A stretch of DNA of 63,826 nt, the filler included, from Globobulimina sp. (lineage: Eukaryota), in assembly GCA_003354225.1 (NCBI GenBank). It is 44 parts of 44 records of this genome, joined end to end, with 100 filler letters (N's around TTAATTAATTAA, not from the genome) between each part and the next. Parts side by side here need not be neighbours in the genome. Positions count along the whole stretch, not along the records: positions 10,179 to 11,532 come from PIVH01018093.1; positions 11,633 to 12,986 come from PIVH01018094.1; positions 13,087 to 14,439 come from PIVH01018095.1; positions 14,540 to 15,892 come from PIVH01018096.1; positions 15,993 to 17,345 come from PIVH01018097.1; positions 17,446 to 18,798 come from PIVH01018098.1; positions 18,899 to 20,251 come from PIVH01018099.1; positions 20,352 to 21,704 come from PIVH01018100.1; 36 more parts are not named here. One strand, written 5' to 3'. Position 1 is the first letter of the stretch; every line of letters begins with the position of its first letter. Below the pieces are notes generated by a model. The model was given only the letters and a program-made list of their open reading frames with translations. It was not told where the DNA came from and searched no databases. Shown here in pieces: positions 11,384 through 23,257 of the stretch. Both the position numbers and the translations under genes were made by a program.

Positions 11384-12342
11384 TTCTAGAATTCCCCTGT
11401 CTTCGTCGCTTCCCTGCTATACAATGGCTAAACAAAGGGAGCACTTCAAGTAAAAACGTAAGATTATAGACCGTGGCGAAGACAATGTTCATCAAAAGAA
11501 CTTACTATGCGGGAGATTAAGGGTGTGCGTGANNNNNNNNNNNNNNNNNNNNNNNNNNNNNNNNNNNNNNNNNNNNTTAATTAATTAANNNNNNNNNNNN
11601 NNNNNNNNNNNNNNNNNNNNNNNNNNNNNNNNAGCAATAAAAAGGCGATCAATAATATTAAATTGGGCAATTTAAAAAAAACCAAACCAGCCAGATATTA
11701 TTCTGCGGACTATGATGGTTTACATGCTTACAAACATCAACATATTTATTATAATGAGCAAGAAATTATTAATCAGAAAATCAAATTACATAAAAAATCG
11801 AGGAAACGAAAATTACATAATCTTGGTGCGTTTGATACGTTTGATAGTTTTGAGGATTTTGATAATTTTGACAATCGACCACCAAAAAAAAGGACTAGAA
11901 TGGATATTCATAGTACACATTCGGATCATTCTGATATCGATAATATTGATACTAAAACGTAACTAATTTTTTTTTTTTCGTTTCGTTTTTTTTTTAAATT
12001 TAAATCTGTTGATATACACTGACACAAACTGACTTATCACTGTTTATTTATTAATTATTGTTTATTTATAACAAAAATTGGTATATTTGTTTGCTGACTG
12101 ACTTTGTGTTTATTTCTGTTATAATGTTTTGTTTTGTTGTTGTTTCAATATTCATTCCTTTTTCGTTTTTTTTTCTTTACCGATGTTGTATTTTTGTATT
12201 TTGATGTTGTATTTCGGCTGGTTATAACTCATTGAATTGCGCCTACGGTAAAGTCACAAAACGGACATCTTGATCCTTTCAACTCGAACAGAAAGATTTA
12301 TTTAAGCTTTAGCAGTTTAGCAGTTTTTAGCAACGTTAAATC

Positions 12343-12986
12343 ATGTCACGAGTTAGTTTGCGTCCAACAGAGATAAAGAGAATATTTGAATCAATTAATG
12401 CACCATCAGCTAGCAAAGAATATGCAGATGAGATGGATAAAATTGATCCATTTCAACATTTCCGAAAGGAATTCAATATACCAATAATTAATGAAAAAGA
12501 AGCAATATATTTTTGTGGATTTGGGTTAGGATTGCAACCAAAACGGACATTAACAAATTTAGAGCAAGCATGTGTGGAATGGGGGAAATTAGGTTCTTTG
12601 TCATACACCGATGGCCAGAGACCATTGCGATTTTGTGAAAGACGCTCAGAAGAATTATTGATGGCCATTGTTGGCGCAAAGAGCATCTCAGAAATTGCAG
12701 TAATGAATGCATGCTCAGTCAATGCCAACTTATTAATGACATCTTTTTATCGGCCAACAGCGCAAAGATATAAGATTGTGATCGAAGGCGGTGCGTTTTG
12801 CAGTGATTACCATATTATTAAAGGACAAATGGATTTGAATAAGATCAAGCAAAGCGATGCGTTGATTCAAATATATCCAAACAATGAGAATAACAATGAA
12901 TATGTCATAGACAATGAAGAGTTTATAAATGCCATCCACAAACATGGCACATCGATATCCGTGATTTGGTTGGGAGTCACCCAGCA
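12343..12986 (+). CDS. KYNU: Kynureninase (N-terminal half)
   Basis: DPFQHFRKEFNIP, IYFCGFGLGLQPK, EIAVMNACSVNANLLMTSFYRPTAQRYKIVIEGGAFCSDY. Confidence 0.9.
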
Positions 12987-13444
12987 NNNNNNNNNNNNNN
13001 NNNNNNNNNNNNNNNNNNNNNNNNNNNNNNTTAATTAATTAANNNNNNNNNNNNNNNNNNNNNNNNNNNNNNNNNNNNNNNNNNNNAAATCCAAGACAAA
13101 TCTATAGCAAACTGTTTCTGGATTTGCAAAGCGTTTCTCAGATAATTGAATTAAATGTATACAACTTATCGACCAGGAGGGGGGGTATCTTTTGGAATAT
13201 ATCGTTAATGGATATGGATATGTAAAGTACCATAAATAGAATTAATTTAAATGCAATTTATAAATATTTGAGTGGAATGTTGTATTTATTTATTTTATGG
13301 ATATTGTCGGATATTGTCGGATATTGTCGGATATTGAACTGATGACTGGACAACATTGTATATAAATTGATATATAAATTAAATTAATTTGGCAAACAAC
13401 ATGAAGCGCACGGATAACTTTCATCTGTGTAAAAATATAAAGTA

Positions 13445-14360
13445 TTAAATATCAAATAATATAAAAGATAACGTATTTAAACTATAACTTTGAAAGTATA
13501 ACGATGGATGACTTCCAATTTCATGCCACCAATTATACTGTGCTTGACTTGCTAAAAATCCATCAATTTTTATACGATTCCATTCACCGCAATGATGAGT
13601 GCATGAATCTAAAAACATATGATGTTGAGATGCATATTTGCCACCAAAATACGTATCCATTATTGTATCAGTTAAATTTTGGCCGTACGCATTGACTTCC
13701 TTTGTGTTACCATTGCAAACACATTCTCCTTCAATTTGCCATGCATCAAACCTGGACTGTAAAGCAAACATATTTACGGAAGAAAATTGCGTTGTTTCTT
13801 GAGCATATAAACAAAGTGCGCTCTTTTGAGCTTTCCCAGTCAAACAATCCTGATTTAATGATGCTGAATAATTCATATAATCCCATTGCCATTGTTCCGG
13901 AGTCATCATTTGTCCTTTCCCTTGATATTCCAAAAAAAAGCCAGAATCCGCCATTGCACCGAATTTTGCACCTAATGGCACATGATTCTTTTGTACATAA
14001 TCACAATGTAAAAATGTACCAATTCCACCCGCACTGCAACCACTAAGTAACACATCAGTTGCTTTAGAATATTGGTAATTTTTCGATAATTCAGTAAATA
14101 CTCCTCTTAATATGCGAAAACCACGGAAATATATTGACATGTTTTGTCCATCATACGTTACATCAACAACTGTCTCATTGTTTGAGCCATAATCCGAGCC
14201 ATCACAATATTTCACATATATTGTATTCCAATTATACGTTAACGGATTTGTTGCATTATTTGATGACATATAATGTGAATCATAGTTAGCTGTGCTACCA
14301 TACTTTTTGGATGAACCCAAACTTGTTGTTGCTCGATGAGGACATGTATCATATTCCGGA
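13445..14360 (-). CDS. Pectinacetylesterase / Notum family esterase
   Basis: YNWNTIYVKYCDG, LLSGCSAGG nucleophile elbow, DSGFFL, DSCTHHC. Confidence 0.9.
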
Positions 14361-14966
14361 TTTATTGTTTCTGCAAATCCTGCTGGAACTTTCTTTAACT
14401 TTTATTTTTTTCATTCTTTGAAAGCTGTTTTTCTCGCTTNNNNNNNNNNNNNNNNNNNNNNNNNNNNNNNNNNNNNNNNNNNNTTAATTAATTAANNNNN
14501 NNNNNNNNNNNNNNNNNNNNNNNNNNNNNNNNNNNNNNNCAGCCATTTATTTTTAAGTATGATATATTGATTGTATAGTTTATAATGATGGATATGGGGT
14601 AATTTGGACCATTTATGCATATGCGAGATGTTGCCACATCTCAAGAGTTTATAATAAACACAAGTTTTAAGGAAACCCAACGTTCATAGGGTGTTGGGAT
14701 ACCGGCCCAAAGATACAGCTGGTTTGTTTTTTGATTGTGTGTAATTGTTTTTCAAAAGACATCGCAGTGTAAAGTTTTAGCGAATTTTTAAAATGCTTAC
14801 ATTTTGCATGTATCTTTGTGTGCTATTTGGAATTATTGTGTACACAAAAGGCCGTCATTTATGAAAAGGATCATATTTTGATTTTATGCAAAAATACTGA
14901 AAACTGAAATATATGTGTAATCACTTGAGTCAAGATAGGTTTTCGAACAGGACAGCAGACAATTTA

Positions 14967-15892
14967 ATGGAGTGTGTGGTTTATTTTTTAGTTGTTGTAG
15001 CAAGTGCAGATGATATAGTTAGTCCAGGATCATCAGTGTCACATCATTTGCCAATTGAAACACATCATTCGTTACATCGGCCATTTGATGTCTCAATGCC
15101 GTACTGGAAATATGGCGGTTCAACAGTTTGTACCGAGTCATTTATTCGTTTAACACCAAATGCACAATCAAGACAAGGATGGATATTTAATGAGTTTAAA
15201 TTGCAATCGTCTGATTGGGAAATTGAGTTACATTTTGAAGTAAAATCCGATTATCACATTGGTGGCGATGGTATGGCGATATTTATATTAAATGACACAT
15301 TCCATCCGAGACGGAATCGGGGACTCAATGACAATGGCAATTATTTGGCCGGTCCTATATTTGGAATGATTGAGAATTTCGAAGGTTTTGGCTGTATATT
15401 GGATACCTATGACAATGATGGCAACAGAGACAATCCGACAATATTCATACTCAAACAACAAGGCGATAAAATGCAAAAAGTTATTATATTCTATCCTTGC
15501 ACTCCACTCATAATTAAATTGTGTTTTTAGTGGAACAGCGATACAGATTTTGCAGAGAATATGGTCAAAGATGTAGTGTCTAAAAAAGACAGCGAGTATT
15601 TATGTACAAACAATTATCGCAATGAAGAGAATAAGCGATTGACTCTGCGCTATATTTCCGGCGAATTGCATGTATATATTGGCAATGAATACTGTTTGTC
15701 GGTGAATGTCGGCATTGACACTGGTGCGCTGAATGCAAATTATTACATTGCCTTATCGGCGATGACCGGGCAGGTCGCAGACAAACATGATATATTTTTA
15801 CTAAGTACGCGGTACTTAGATTCTGCGGATTCGAATCGAATCAATGACTCACAATTAAAAAAAGTCGGTTATTCAAAGAAAACATCATGGAA
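14967..15892 (+). CDS. L-type lectin cargo receptor (VIP36/ERGIC-53 family), intron 15480-15530, 3' truncated
   Basis: Signal peptide, HSLHRPF, IRLTPNAQSRQGW, GGDGMAIF, GFGCILDTYDN, SAMTGQVADKHDI. Confidence 0.92.
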
Positions 15893-15992
15893 NNNNNNNN
15901 NNNNNNNNNNNNNNNNNNNNNNNNNNNNNNNNNNNNTTAATTAATTAANNNNNNNNNNNNNNNNNNNNNNNNNNNNNNNNNNNNNNNNNNNN

Positions 15993-17345
15993 GAAACAAC
16001 GATGGAAGTATACATATTGTACATGATTTCCATTCATTACCAGTCATTTCCATTCAAATCCATTCAACGTTTTATTGTAATTACCATATTTATGCAGATA
16101 TCGGCAGAGCCCCATATACCAAATCCAGAGCAGCAATATTATCATAATAGTAATCACAGACATGTCTATAGTCAAAGTGGTAGATTTCCCCATACTCAAA
16201 GTGTGCCATTTCCATCGCGCAGCATCAGTACTAACAACATACATTTTAATACCAACAATCAACGCAGACTACAATTAAGACCATCACACAGCAATCCAAT
16301 CACTACATTTTCATCCGGATCCGGATCCGCAAACTCATCGCAGTTGGACAACCTATCCCGTATAAGCATTGTCGATGACATTGGTGTCAATGAAACGGAC
16401 GATTTGCCCGCTATGCCCAGCCACAATTATACAAAAAATAGTGTTTTTGATATATCGCGTGCCGGAATAGGCACATTGTTCCAAGAGAATAGCGGCGGTC
16501 CAGACATTGTCGACAATATCTCCAATGTCAGCAACACCACATTTAATACCAGCACCGCTGATGACATCTCGCCCAAACAACACAACGATAACAACAATGC
16601 CACGCAAAACGAGATAAATATAAACAATTTGAACAATTTCTTCATTCACAACGAATTAAACCCGTACGGCGTCGCCATGTCACCGCCCGTCGAGAGTACA
16701 TACAAACCGATCCCTACCACAGCGGCACTAACCACATTATCCAAAATATCTGAATCTACGCACCCCACCACCTCATCGCATAATACCTCATCGCATAATA
16801 CCTCCAATACCAATAATAACACCTCAAATGAATCAAATCTGACCAATATATCCAGCAATTATGATCCGCAAACTTATTTAACGCCTTTTATACATGTCAC
16901 CGATGATGACGATGAGATAGTGACCCGAGAATGGGACGATTTGTATAAGTTTAATGTGGCCGATGACAACTTAATGCCGGCTACGGATATTGATACCGGA
17001 TTGAGTTTCAACACAGAACTGTCCTCTGATCATGATGAAGTCCTTCAAGATATTGCCAAATGGAAGGAAAGATTATCTGAGATTAATTCAGTACATTCAA
17101 GTGGTGGAGAAGAGGAGGATAAGGAAGGGAGTGGTGGTGGTATTGGTATGTATGCGACTGGACTGACAGTGCCACAATTATTGCGACCGAAGTCTCTCGC
17201 GAAATGGAAGAGTGATGATCTCAAGAATCAGGTGATGGATATGCAGAGACAGGTGGATTATTTGAAACAATGCGAACAGGAAAACATGAAAAAAACATTG
17301 ATTGATTTGCAAATGCAACAGGAAAAAAAATATATTACCCAATAA
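15993..17345 (+). CDS. Low-complexity N/S/T-rich protein with C-terminal coiled coil
   Basis: Long open frame; no family motif recognised. Confidence 0.55.
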   Translation, partial: ETTMEVYILYMISIHYQSFPFKSIQRFIVITIFMQISAEPHIPNPEQQYYHNSNHRHVYSQSGRFPHTQSVPFPSRSISTNNIHFNTNNQRRLQLRPSHSNPITTFSSGSGSANSSQLDNLSRISIVDDIGVNETDDLPAMPSHNYTKNSVFDISRAGIGTLFQENSGGPDIVDNISNVSNTTFNTSTADDISPKQHNDNNNATQNEININNLNNFFIHNELNPYGVAMSPPVESTYKPIPTTAALTTLSKISESTHPTTSSHNTSSHNTSNTNNNTSNESNLTNISSNYDPQTYLTPFIHVTDDDDEIVTREWDDLYKFNVADDNLMPATDIDTGLSFNTELSSDHDEVLQDIAKWKERLSEINSVHSSGGEEEDKEGSGGGIGMYATGLTVPQLLRPKSLAKWKSDDLKNQVMDMQRQVDYLKQCEQENMKKTLIDLQMQQEKKYITQ

Positions 17346-17445
17346 NNNNNNNNNNNNNNNNNNNNNNNNNNNNNNNNNNNNNNNNNNNNTTAATTAATTA
17401 ANNNNNNNNNNNNNNNNNNNNNNNNNNNNNNNNNNNNNNNNNNNN

Positions 17446-17648
17446 CTACACATACCGACGGCTAATTTTGCAGCTTGGGAGACTGCTGAAGTTTTACCAG
17501 AAGATTGGAAGCCTATGAATACGAATTCTGGCACTGATATTTTCACATTGTATTCCTCCAAATCTTTTAATGCGTTGTATATTTTCGTGTATTGGTATCT
17601 GTCCCAATTGGAGCCTTCCTTTACTTCATCATCGCCTGGTTGACTCAT
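17446..17648 (-). CDS. Dynamin-superfamily GTPase N-terminus
   Basis: ISVPEFVFIGFQSSGKTS corresponds to the dynamin G1 motif (LPQIxVVGxQSSGKSS). Confidence 0.8.
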
Positions 17649-17932
17649 TATATTCCTTGTTTATTGTTTAAACGAGTGCTTACAAATAACAATAAGAACT
17701 TTCGTCTGCTTGAGAGGAATGGAAACAATGGAAACAGTTTTGACTGAAGAGTGTTTTTCTGAGAAATAAATTTAACAAATGTTTGCAGCTGCAAGCACAC
17801 TGGATATGCATTATTCGGTTATTCGGCGGATTAATACAATTAAATTCATCATTCGCAATCATCATTCGCACTAAAAACCTAAAAACAGTTTTAATTTTAA
17901 TTTGAATCGTCGGAAAACAAATTCCACGCAAC

Positions 17933-18798
17933 ATGTTAATTGCAGCACTCTTAACATTTATTATTGGCAGCAATGCATTGGTTTTTAAAGTGAATAAAGT
18001 GTTCAATGATGAAACTTCGACTAATTGGCCAGTTTTATCATTTGATATGCTAAGAACTGGATGTATCAAAGAGAGCAATTTAGAAATCTCCAGCAACACT
18101 GCAGTTTATCAACTATTTAAAGGACATAATGAACAAATTAAAAGCTTTGATGTGACGCAAAAGAAAGATCAATGTCTTCATTCTGAACATAGCAAAGGAT
18201 TTTATCGGTTATTTATTTCAAATGGGAATTACGAGGAATATCCGATCACTGTCAAAGGATCTATTCACGTAACACACGAATATGGAGAATTACCACCCTC
18301 TCAATTTAGAGCTTACCAATACTACAAATTGGCATTGTGTTTAGTATTCGGAATCACTCTGTTTTGGTGTTATTCGATGTACAAAAATAAGGAGTCATTA
18401 GTCACACATCATTATGCAATCGGCGCTGTTGTATTTATAATATTCATAGAAACGTTAATAAGTTGTTTGAAATTAACCTATGTGAATTATTACGGCTCAC
18501 ATTCAATATTCATGGACCATTTCCAAACACAAGCTGAGGTTTCCAGGCAAACGCTGTCCCGCTTACTATTAATTTTAGTGTCTCTCGGCTGGTATGTACT
18601 TATTTACTCATTCACATATGATATAATTTTATTGTTTGTTTGTTTTTGGTTGAAGGGGAGTCACTTTGCCAACGTCTGAAATAACCAACAAAATGAAAGA
18701 AGAGTTGATGAGATTAGGTTTGATTTACTATTTTGGTTCAAGTATTTCATCGCATGTCATGGTGGAGATGATCAGAACAAATGATTTCAGTTCGGCAT
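17933..18798 (+). CDS. TMEM87/GPR107 (GOST, lung seven-TM receptor) family protein, intron 18592-18655
   Basis: Signal peptide, lumenal domain, YGELPPSQF..Y, HYAIGAVVFIIFIE, spliced LSRLLLILVSLGWGVT. Confidence 0.82.
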
Positions 18799-18900
18799 NN
18801 NNNNNNNNNNNNNNNNNNNNNNNNNNNNNNNNNNNNNNNNNNTTAATTAATTAANNNNNNNNNNNNNNNNNNNNNNNNNNNNNNNNNNNNNNNNNNNNTT

Positions 18901-19767
18901 ATGAGTGAATACAAAATTGGCAAAAAAACAGGAGTTGTAATTAAAATTGATGGTGATTTAACAGAAGTAATTTTTTCAGGAAGTTCAGCTTTTGATGAAG
19001 GAGAAGTAAAAAATAAAATTGGATGGTGTTTAAGTATGTTTAATGATTTAACAGATGAAGAATATAAAATGTATGTTGGAAAAAAATACACATATAAAGA
19101 TTTGAAAAATAAAAAAATCGCTGTTCATTGTGACACAAAAGAAAAGTCTTTTGCATTTACCAATTTTATTAAAAAAGAATTACCTGCTGCTCGAGAAAAT
19201 TGGAATGAATACGGAGATGAAACTTGTTATAATATAAATAATATTATGATGTATTCACCTACTAATTTTTATGAAGACGATGGTTATGAAATAATTGATT
19301 TTGATCAAGTAGATTTAACTATTGTCAAAAAAGAGAAATATGAAATGAAATACAAACCATTAAAAGCGTTATCAATGGATGAAATTCTTAAAAATGATCC
19401 ATGCCATACACAATTTAATAAGGCTGCAAAGAAATTTTCATTTTTTGAAGATCATGAATGGACAGAAGAAACTGAAAAATATGTTATTGAACAAAAAGGA
19501 TGGATTACATTTCTTTTAGAAAGAGGGTTCATTGAAGAAATTAAAGATGTATATATGCATACATTTTCTGAAGGAGATAAAATAACATTGTCTAATGATG
19601 GAATTCTTATAATGTATCAAATCGACGATTATATAGGTAAATTTTTTAGAGAAAATGATTATAATAGATATAGTGATAGTGACTTTTCATTAAAAAAAGA
19701 ATATGATTTAAAAACATTGAAAGCTCCTTTTCATTGCATAACTCATATTAATGGAAAAGAAATTTAA
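18901..19767 (+). CDS. Phage-like hypothetical protein
   Basis: Intronless; KIAVHCDTKE...NWNEYGDETCY motif reminiscent of phage hypotheticals; convergent with a phage-type RNR. Confidence 0.6.
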   Translation: MSEYKIGKKTGVVIKIDGDLTEVIFSGSSAFDEGEVKNKIGWCLSMFNDLTDEEYKMYVGKKYTYKDLKNKKIAVHCDTKEKSFAFTNFIKKELPAARENWNEYGDETCYNINNIMMYSPTNFYEDDGYEIIDFDQVDLTIVKKEKYEMKYKPLKALSMDEILKNDPCHTQFNKAAKKFSFFEDHEWTEETEKYVIEQKGWITFLLERGFIEEIKDVYMHTFSEGDKITLSNDGILIMYQIDDYIGKFFRENDYNRYSDSDFSLKKEYDLKTLKAPFHCITHINGKEI

Positions 19768-19771
19768 TTAA

Positions 19772-19812
19772 AAATCCCTCATTAGATTTATTTCTAATGA
19801 GGAATTTGTTTT
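19772..19812. terminator. Bidirectional intrinsic terminator
   Basis: CCTCATTAGA-TTTATT-TCTAATGAGG hairpin flanked by A and T tracts between convergent stops. Confidence 0.8.
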
Positions 19813-19814
19813 AT

Positions 19815-20251
19815 CTAATTACCACAAGTACCGCCCAATTTACATGATGTTTCTTCCATAAAAATTATTTGATTCTCATTATTAATACCTTCAAACTCAA
19901 TAGCATCTTCATAAGGAATTTCTGTTAATGGTTGTCCGCCTCTCGAACCATCAGCATAAAATGTGATTCCTCTAAGACCTGAAGCATACTTTCTAACAAG
20001 ATTTGCAATATCAACAACAGTATCTTCGTTATTCCATTCAGAACCCCATACGGGTAGGTTAACAGTTGAAGAAATGGCCATATCAACATATTCTTGAATG
20101 TCTGCTTGAAATTTAATCCTACGTTCAACATCTTTTGCTAAATCCATTGACGATTCAATATCATCTGGATCAACATCATAATTATCAACCATATATTTGA
20201 CTGTAGGATCAGGATATATTTCTTCTATCCATTCTGTTCCTTTCAGATATC
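19815..20251 (-). CDS. nrdJ: Class II (adenosylcobalamin-dependent) ribonucleotide reductase C-terminus, phage-type
   Basis: ERRIKFQADIQEYVDMAISSTVNLP, LRGITFYADGSRGGQPL, terminal CKLGGTC cysteine pair. Confidence 0.85.
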
Positions 20252-21298
20252 NNNNNNNNNNNNNNNNNNNNNNNNNNNNNNNNNNNNNNNNNNNNTTAAT
20301 TAATTAANNNNNNNNNNNNNNNNNNNNNNNNNNNNNNNNNNNNNNNNNNNNCAACAACAGTCGAAAAGGCCTACTGGTGCTGCTATTGGTTTCGAAACGA
20401 TGACTCAACGAGGCAATACCAGAACTACTGTTAACAAAGTCAAGGAACAGGAACCGACTAAGGTACATATATATAGGTACGGTTGTATACTATAACTGTA
20501 CAGTATATATCATGTACATGATATCATCTTGTCGAGTATAAAAAAATATTTAAAAAATTTGCATGTATTTGGATCTAGTTGGTTCTTACATATACAACTT
20601 TCGATAGCCTGAAAACTGGTGTTGTATTTTTAGATAAAAGCAGTGATTTTGCACAAGAATTGTACTATTAAGATCGAAGGTGCTTTGAGATCCTTGAAAA
20701 TTAGTTTTCCCAGTGAAGAAGGCCAAGACAAACAGATGGATCATTCATCCTCTCTGCAGATGGAATTAGAAACAGAGCAAAAATGTGCCATCCAGCGAAC
20801 TTCTACACCTTTGGCATTTCACGATCGCGACAGTACGAAATTTGATGGTTTCGGACCATATGAGAAATTTCAAAGTTGCTACAGTAATCGCGCCTCCATC
20901 GACAGTCGGGACTATTCTTTGGATTGTGGTATAAATTGGTCAGCCGAAAGTTAAGATTGTTTTGTGAAGAAAGTGATTAATTTCTCCTGTACCTACTTAC
21001 TTTAATATACAATGATTGACCTTTGAGAATCTGTAGTTTAATTTTATGGGGTTATAATGATGTATAATAAAAATCGAACAATATTACATTGAAAACTAAA
21101 TAAAAAGTTTTATTTATGAAAATGAAATTTACCTACATGTACAATACCATAATGTGATACTGTGATATATTCATATTTTGATTTCTTCTTTATTTTGTTT
21201 TCACACTTTTAATTTCATATTATCTAAGAAATGCATAGTGTTAATTAGTGATTTACAGTAGTTTTTTAAATGGATCTTCTATATGTAATTTACAATAA

Positions 21299-21704
21299 TT
21301 ATCCAATTTTTCTTCTATTTTTTCTCTTGTGGTCAGTTTTATATTTCATTAAGATTCGAAGCGCTTTGTGATTTTTAATAAAATGAAATGGAACATTTTC
21401 TACTCTGCTCAACAGTGCCAAACAAAATTTACAACCAGAAATTAAGTCAGGGTTTAGTCTAGGATCCAGTAAACCATACAATATCTCAATAATATTGCTC
21501 CTTTGAAAATTCTGGTTATTGATACCAACTGAAAAATCATAAGGTGAAATAAAGAATCCATTCACTTGATCCAACAAATCTAATATGTATTGACAATTAA
21601 TTCGGAGCTCAGGAGGTATAGCATCAAACACATTTGAAAAGAGCGATCTTGATTCAGGCAAAATATGTCCAAAATAGTCCATTCGTTCATAAGGTGTACC
21701 ATTT
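21299..21704 (-). CDS. Polinton/adintovirus accessory protein ('GasderminX'-like)
   Basis: SNIIEILYGLL...GCKFCLALLSRVENVPFHFIKN resembles the SNIxDLxxxxL...GWxxFxxxL...NVPxxLIxN motif; basic tail. Confidence 0.6.
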
Positions 21705-22028
21705 NNNNNNNNNNNNNNNNNNNNNNNNNNNNNNNNNNNNNNNNNNNNTTAATTAATTAANNNNNNNNNNNNNNNNNNNNNNNNNNNNNNNNNNNNNNNN
21801 NNNNTTTAATTTGTGCACATAAACTAATAATTATATATTGTAAATTCACTGCCAACATCAAATACCTGCAAAGCAGCGTTTCATTTGATCAAGTGATTAT
21901 AAACACGTTATAAATTTACCTGAAGCTTGAGCACCCATAAAAAAATGATTGAAACTTTTTTGGATTTTACCACGCCGACATGTTTAATAAATATATTTAA
22001 AACTTTCAGTTTAATATACATTTTAAAA

Positions 22029-23157
22029 ATGGCAAACGAGCAAAAGGTTGACCTTGCATATACAGCAATCGTTAGCGCCATTGGGAAAAAGTTAAAAAAA
22101 AAAGTTCGATTTAAGCGCATATCAAAAGAATTGGAAAATAATCCAACATTTGGTATCAACACAGTTGACCCGTCAACTAAAAGAACCATATTACATCATG
22201 CATGTCGTAAAGGATTGGATGACATCATTCAATTTCTGTTGGACATTGATAATATTGACATAGACATTCAATCCAAAACAGGAGAAACTCCATTAATGGA
22301 AGCAATCGTCGGTTATAACGAAGTCCACGATAAGAAAAAAAGTAAACATGCTGCATGTATTGAATTATTATTGCAAAATAAATGTAACACAGAATTTAAA
22401 TCGACAGCAAATGGCTGGACTGCGCTGCATGAGGCCGCCTTCAATAATTATACCAATGCCATACAATTATTATTAAAGCATGGAGCAAATATTAATTCTG
22501 TCACTAATGAAAATGAAACCGCTTTGATGTTATCCATTCTTCAAGTTATAAATATATATATTTACCTTCATTTTTATCCATATTTTCAACACAGAAACAC
22601 ATCGAAACTGCGCGTGTACTGTTAAGCAATGACTTGATTGACGTAAACCTCCCAACCTATCGAACTGATTTAGGATGGATAACACCTATAAGCATGGCAG
22701 CGCGTTTTGCTTCATCCTCTCATAATAATCCTGCGATCGATGCCGACGCGGATTCCAGACACAATTTTAATGCTATTTTTGATATGTTATTACAGCGAAA
22801 TGCTTGCATCCATTGTCCACCTTCAATCATTGAACGACATTCCATTAAATCCAATGCTCCAAAAACTTGTTATAGCGCCATTGAGCATGCACGACAAAAA
22901 GGTCTGTACTGTAATAGATAATGCTATGTATGATTTGTAATAATTGTATGTGTATACTTAGGAAGATGGGAAATTGCGAGTAAATTATTGTTACATTCAT
23001 TGGGTGAAAAATTGGGAGAACAAGTTATGAGCACAAAATTTGATGTTTCTAAAGATATGGCAATGGCAAGAAACATGATTGAAATCTATGACCAACAGTT
23101 CAGTGATAAAGATAATTATTTGAAATTCAAACAAAATATAATTCAAAGTGTTATTTC
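22029..23157 (+). CDS. Ankyrin-repeat protein, multi-exon
   Basis: RTILHHACRKG, GETPLMEAI, GWTALHEAAFNN, ETALMLSI. Confidence 0.93.
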
Positions 23158-23257
23158 NNNNNNNNNNNNNNNNNNNNNNNNNNNNNNNNNNNNNNNNNNN
23201 NTTAATTAATTAANNNNNNNNNNNNNNNNNNNNNNNNNNNNNNNNNNNNNNNNNNNN

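Noticed and set aside
13170-13340. G-run plus ATATATCGTT motif (similar at ~54012-54031) and (GGATATTGTC)n microrepeat
   Set aside because: Too short and low-complexity to call a regulatory or telomeric element
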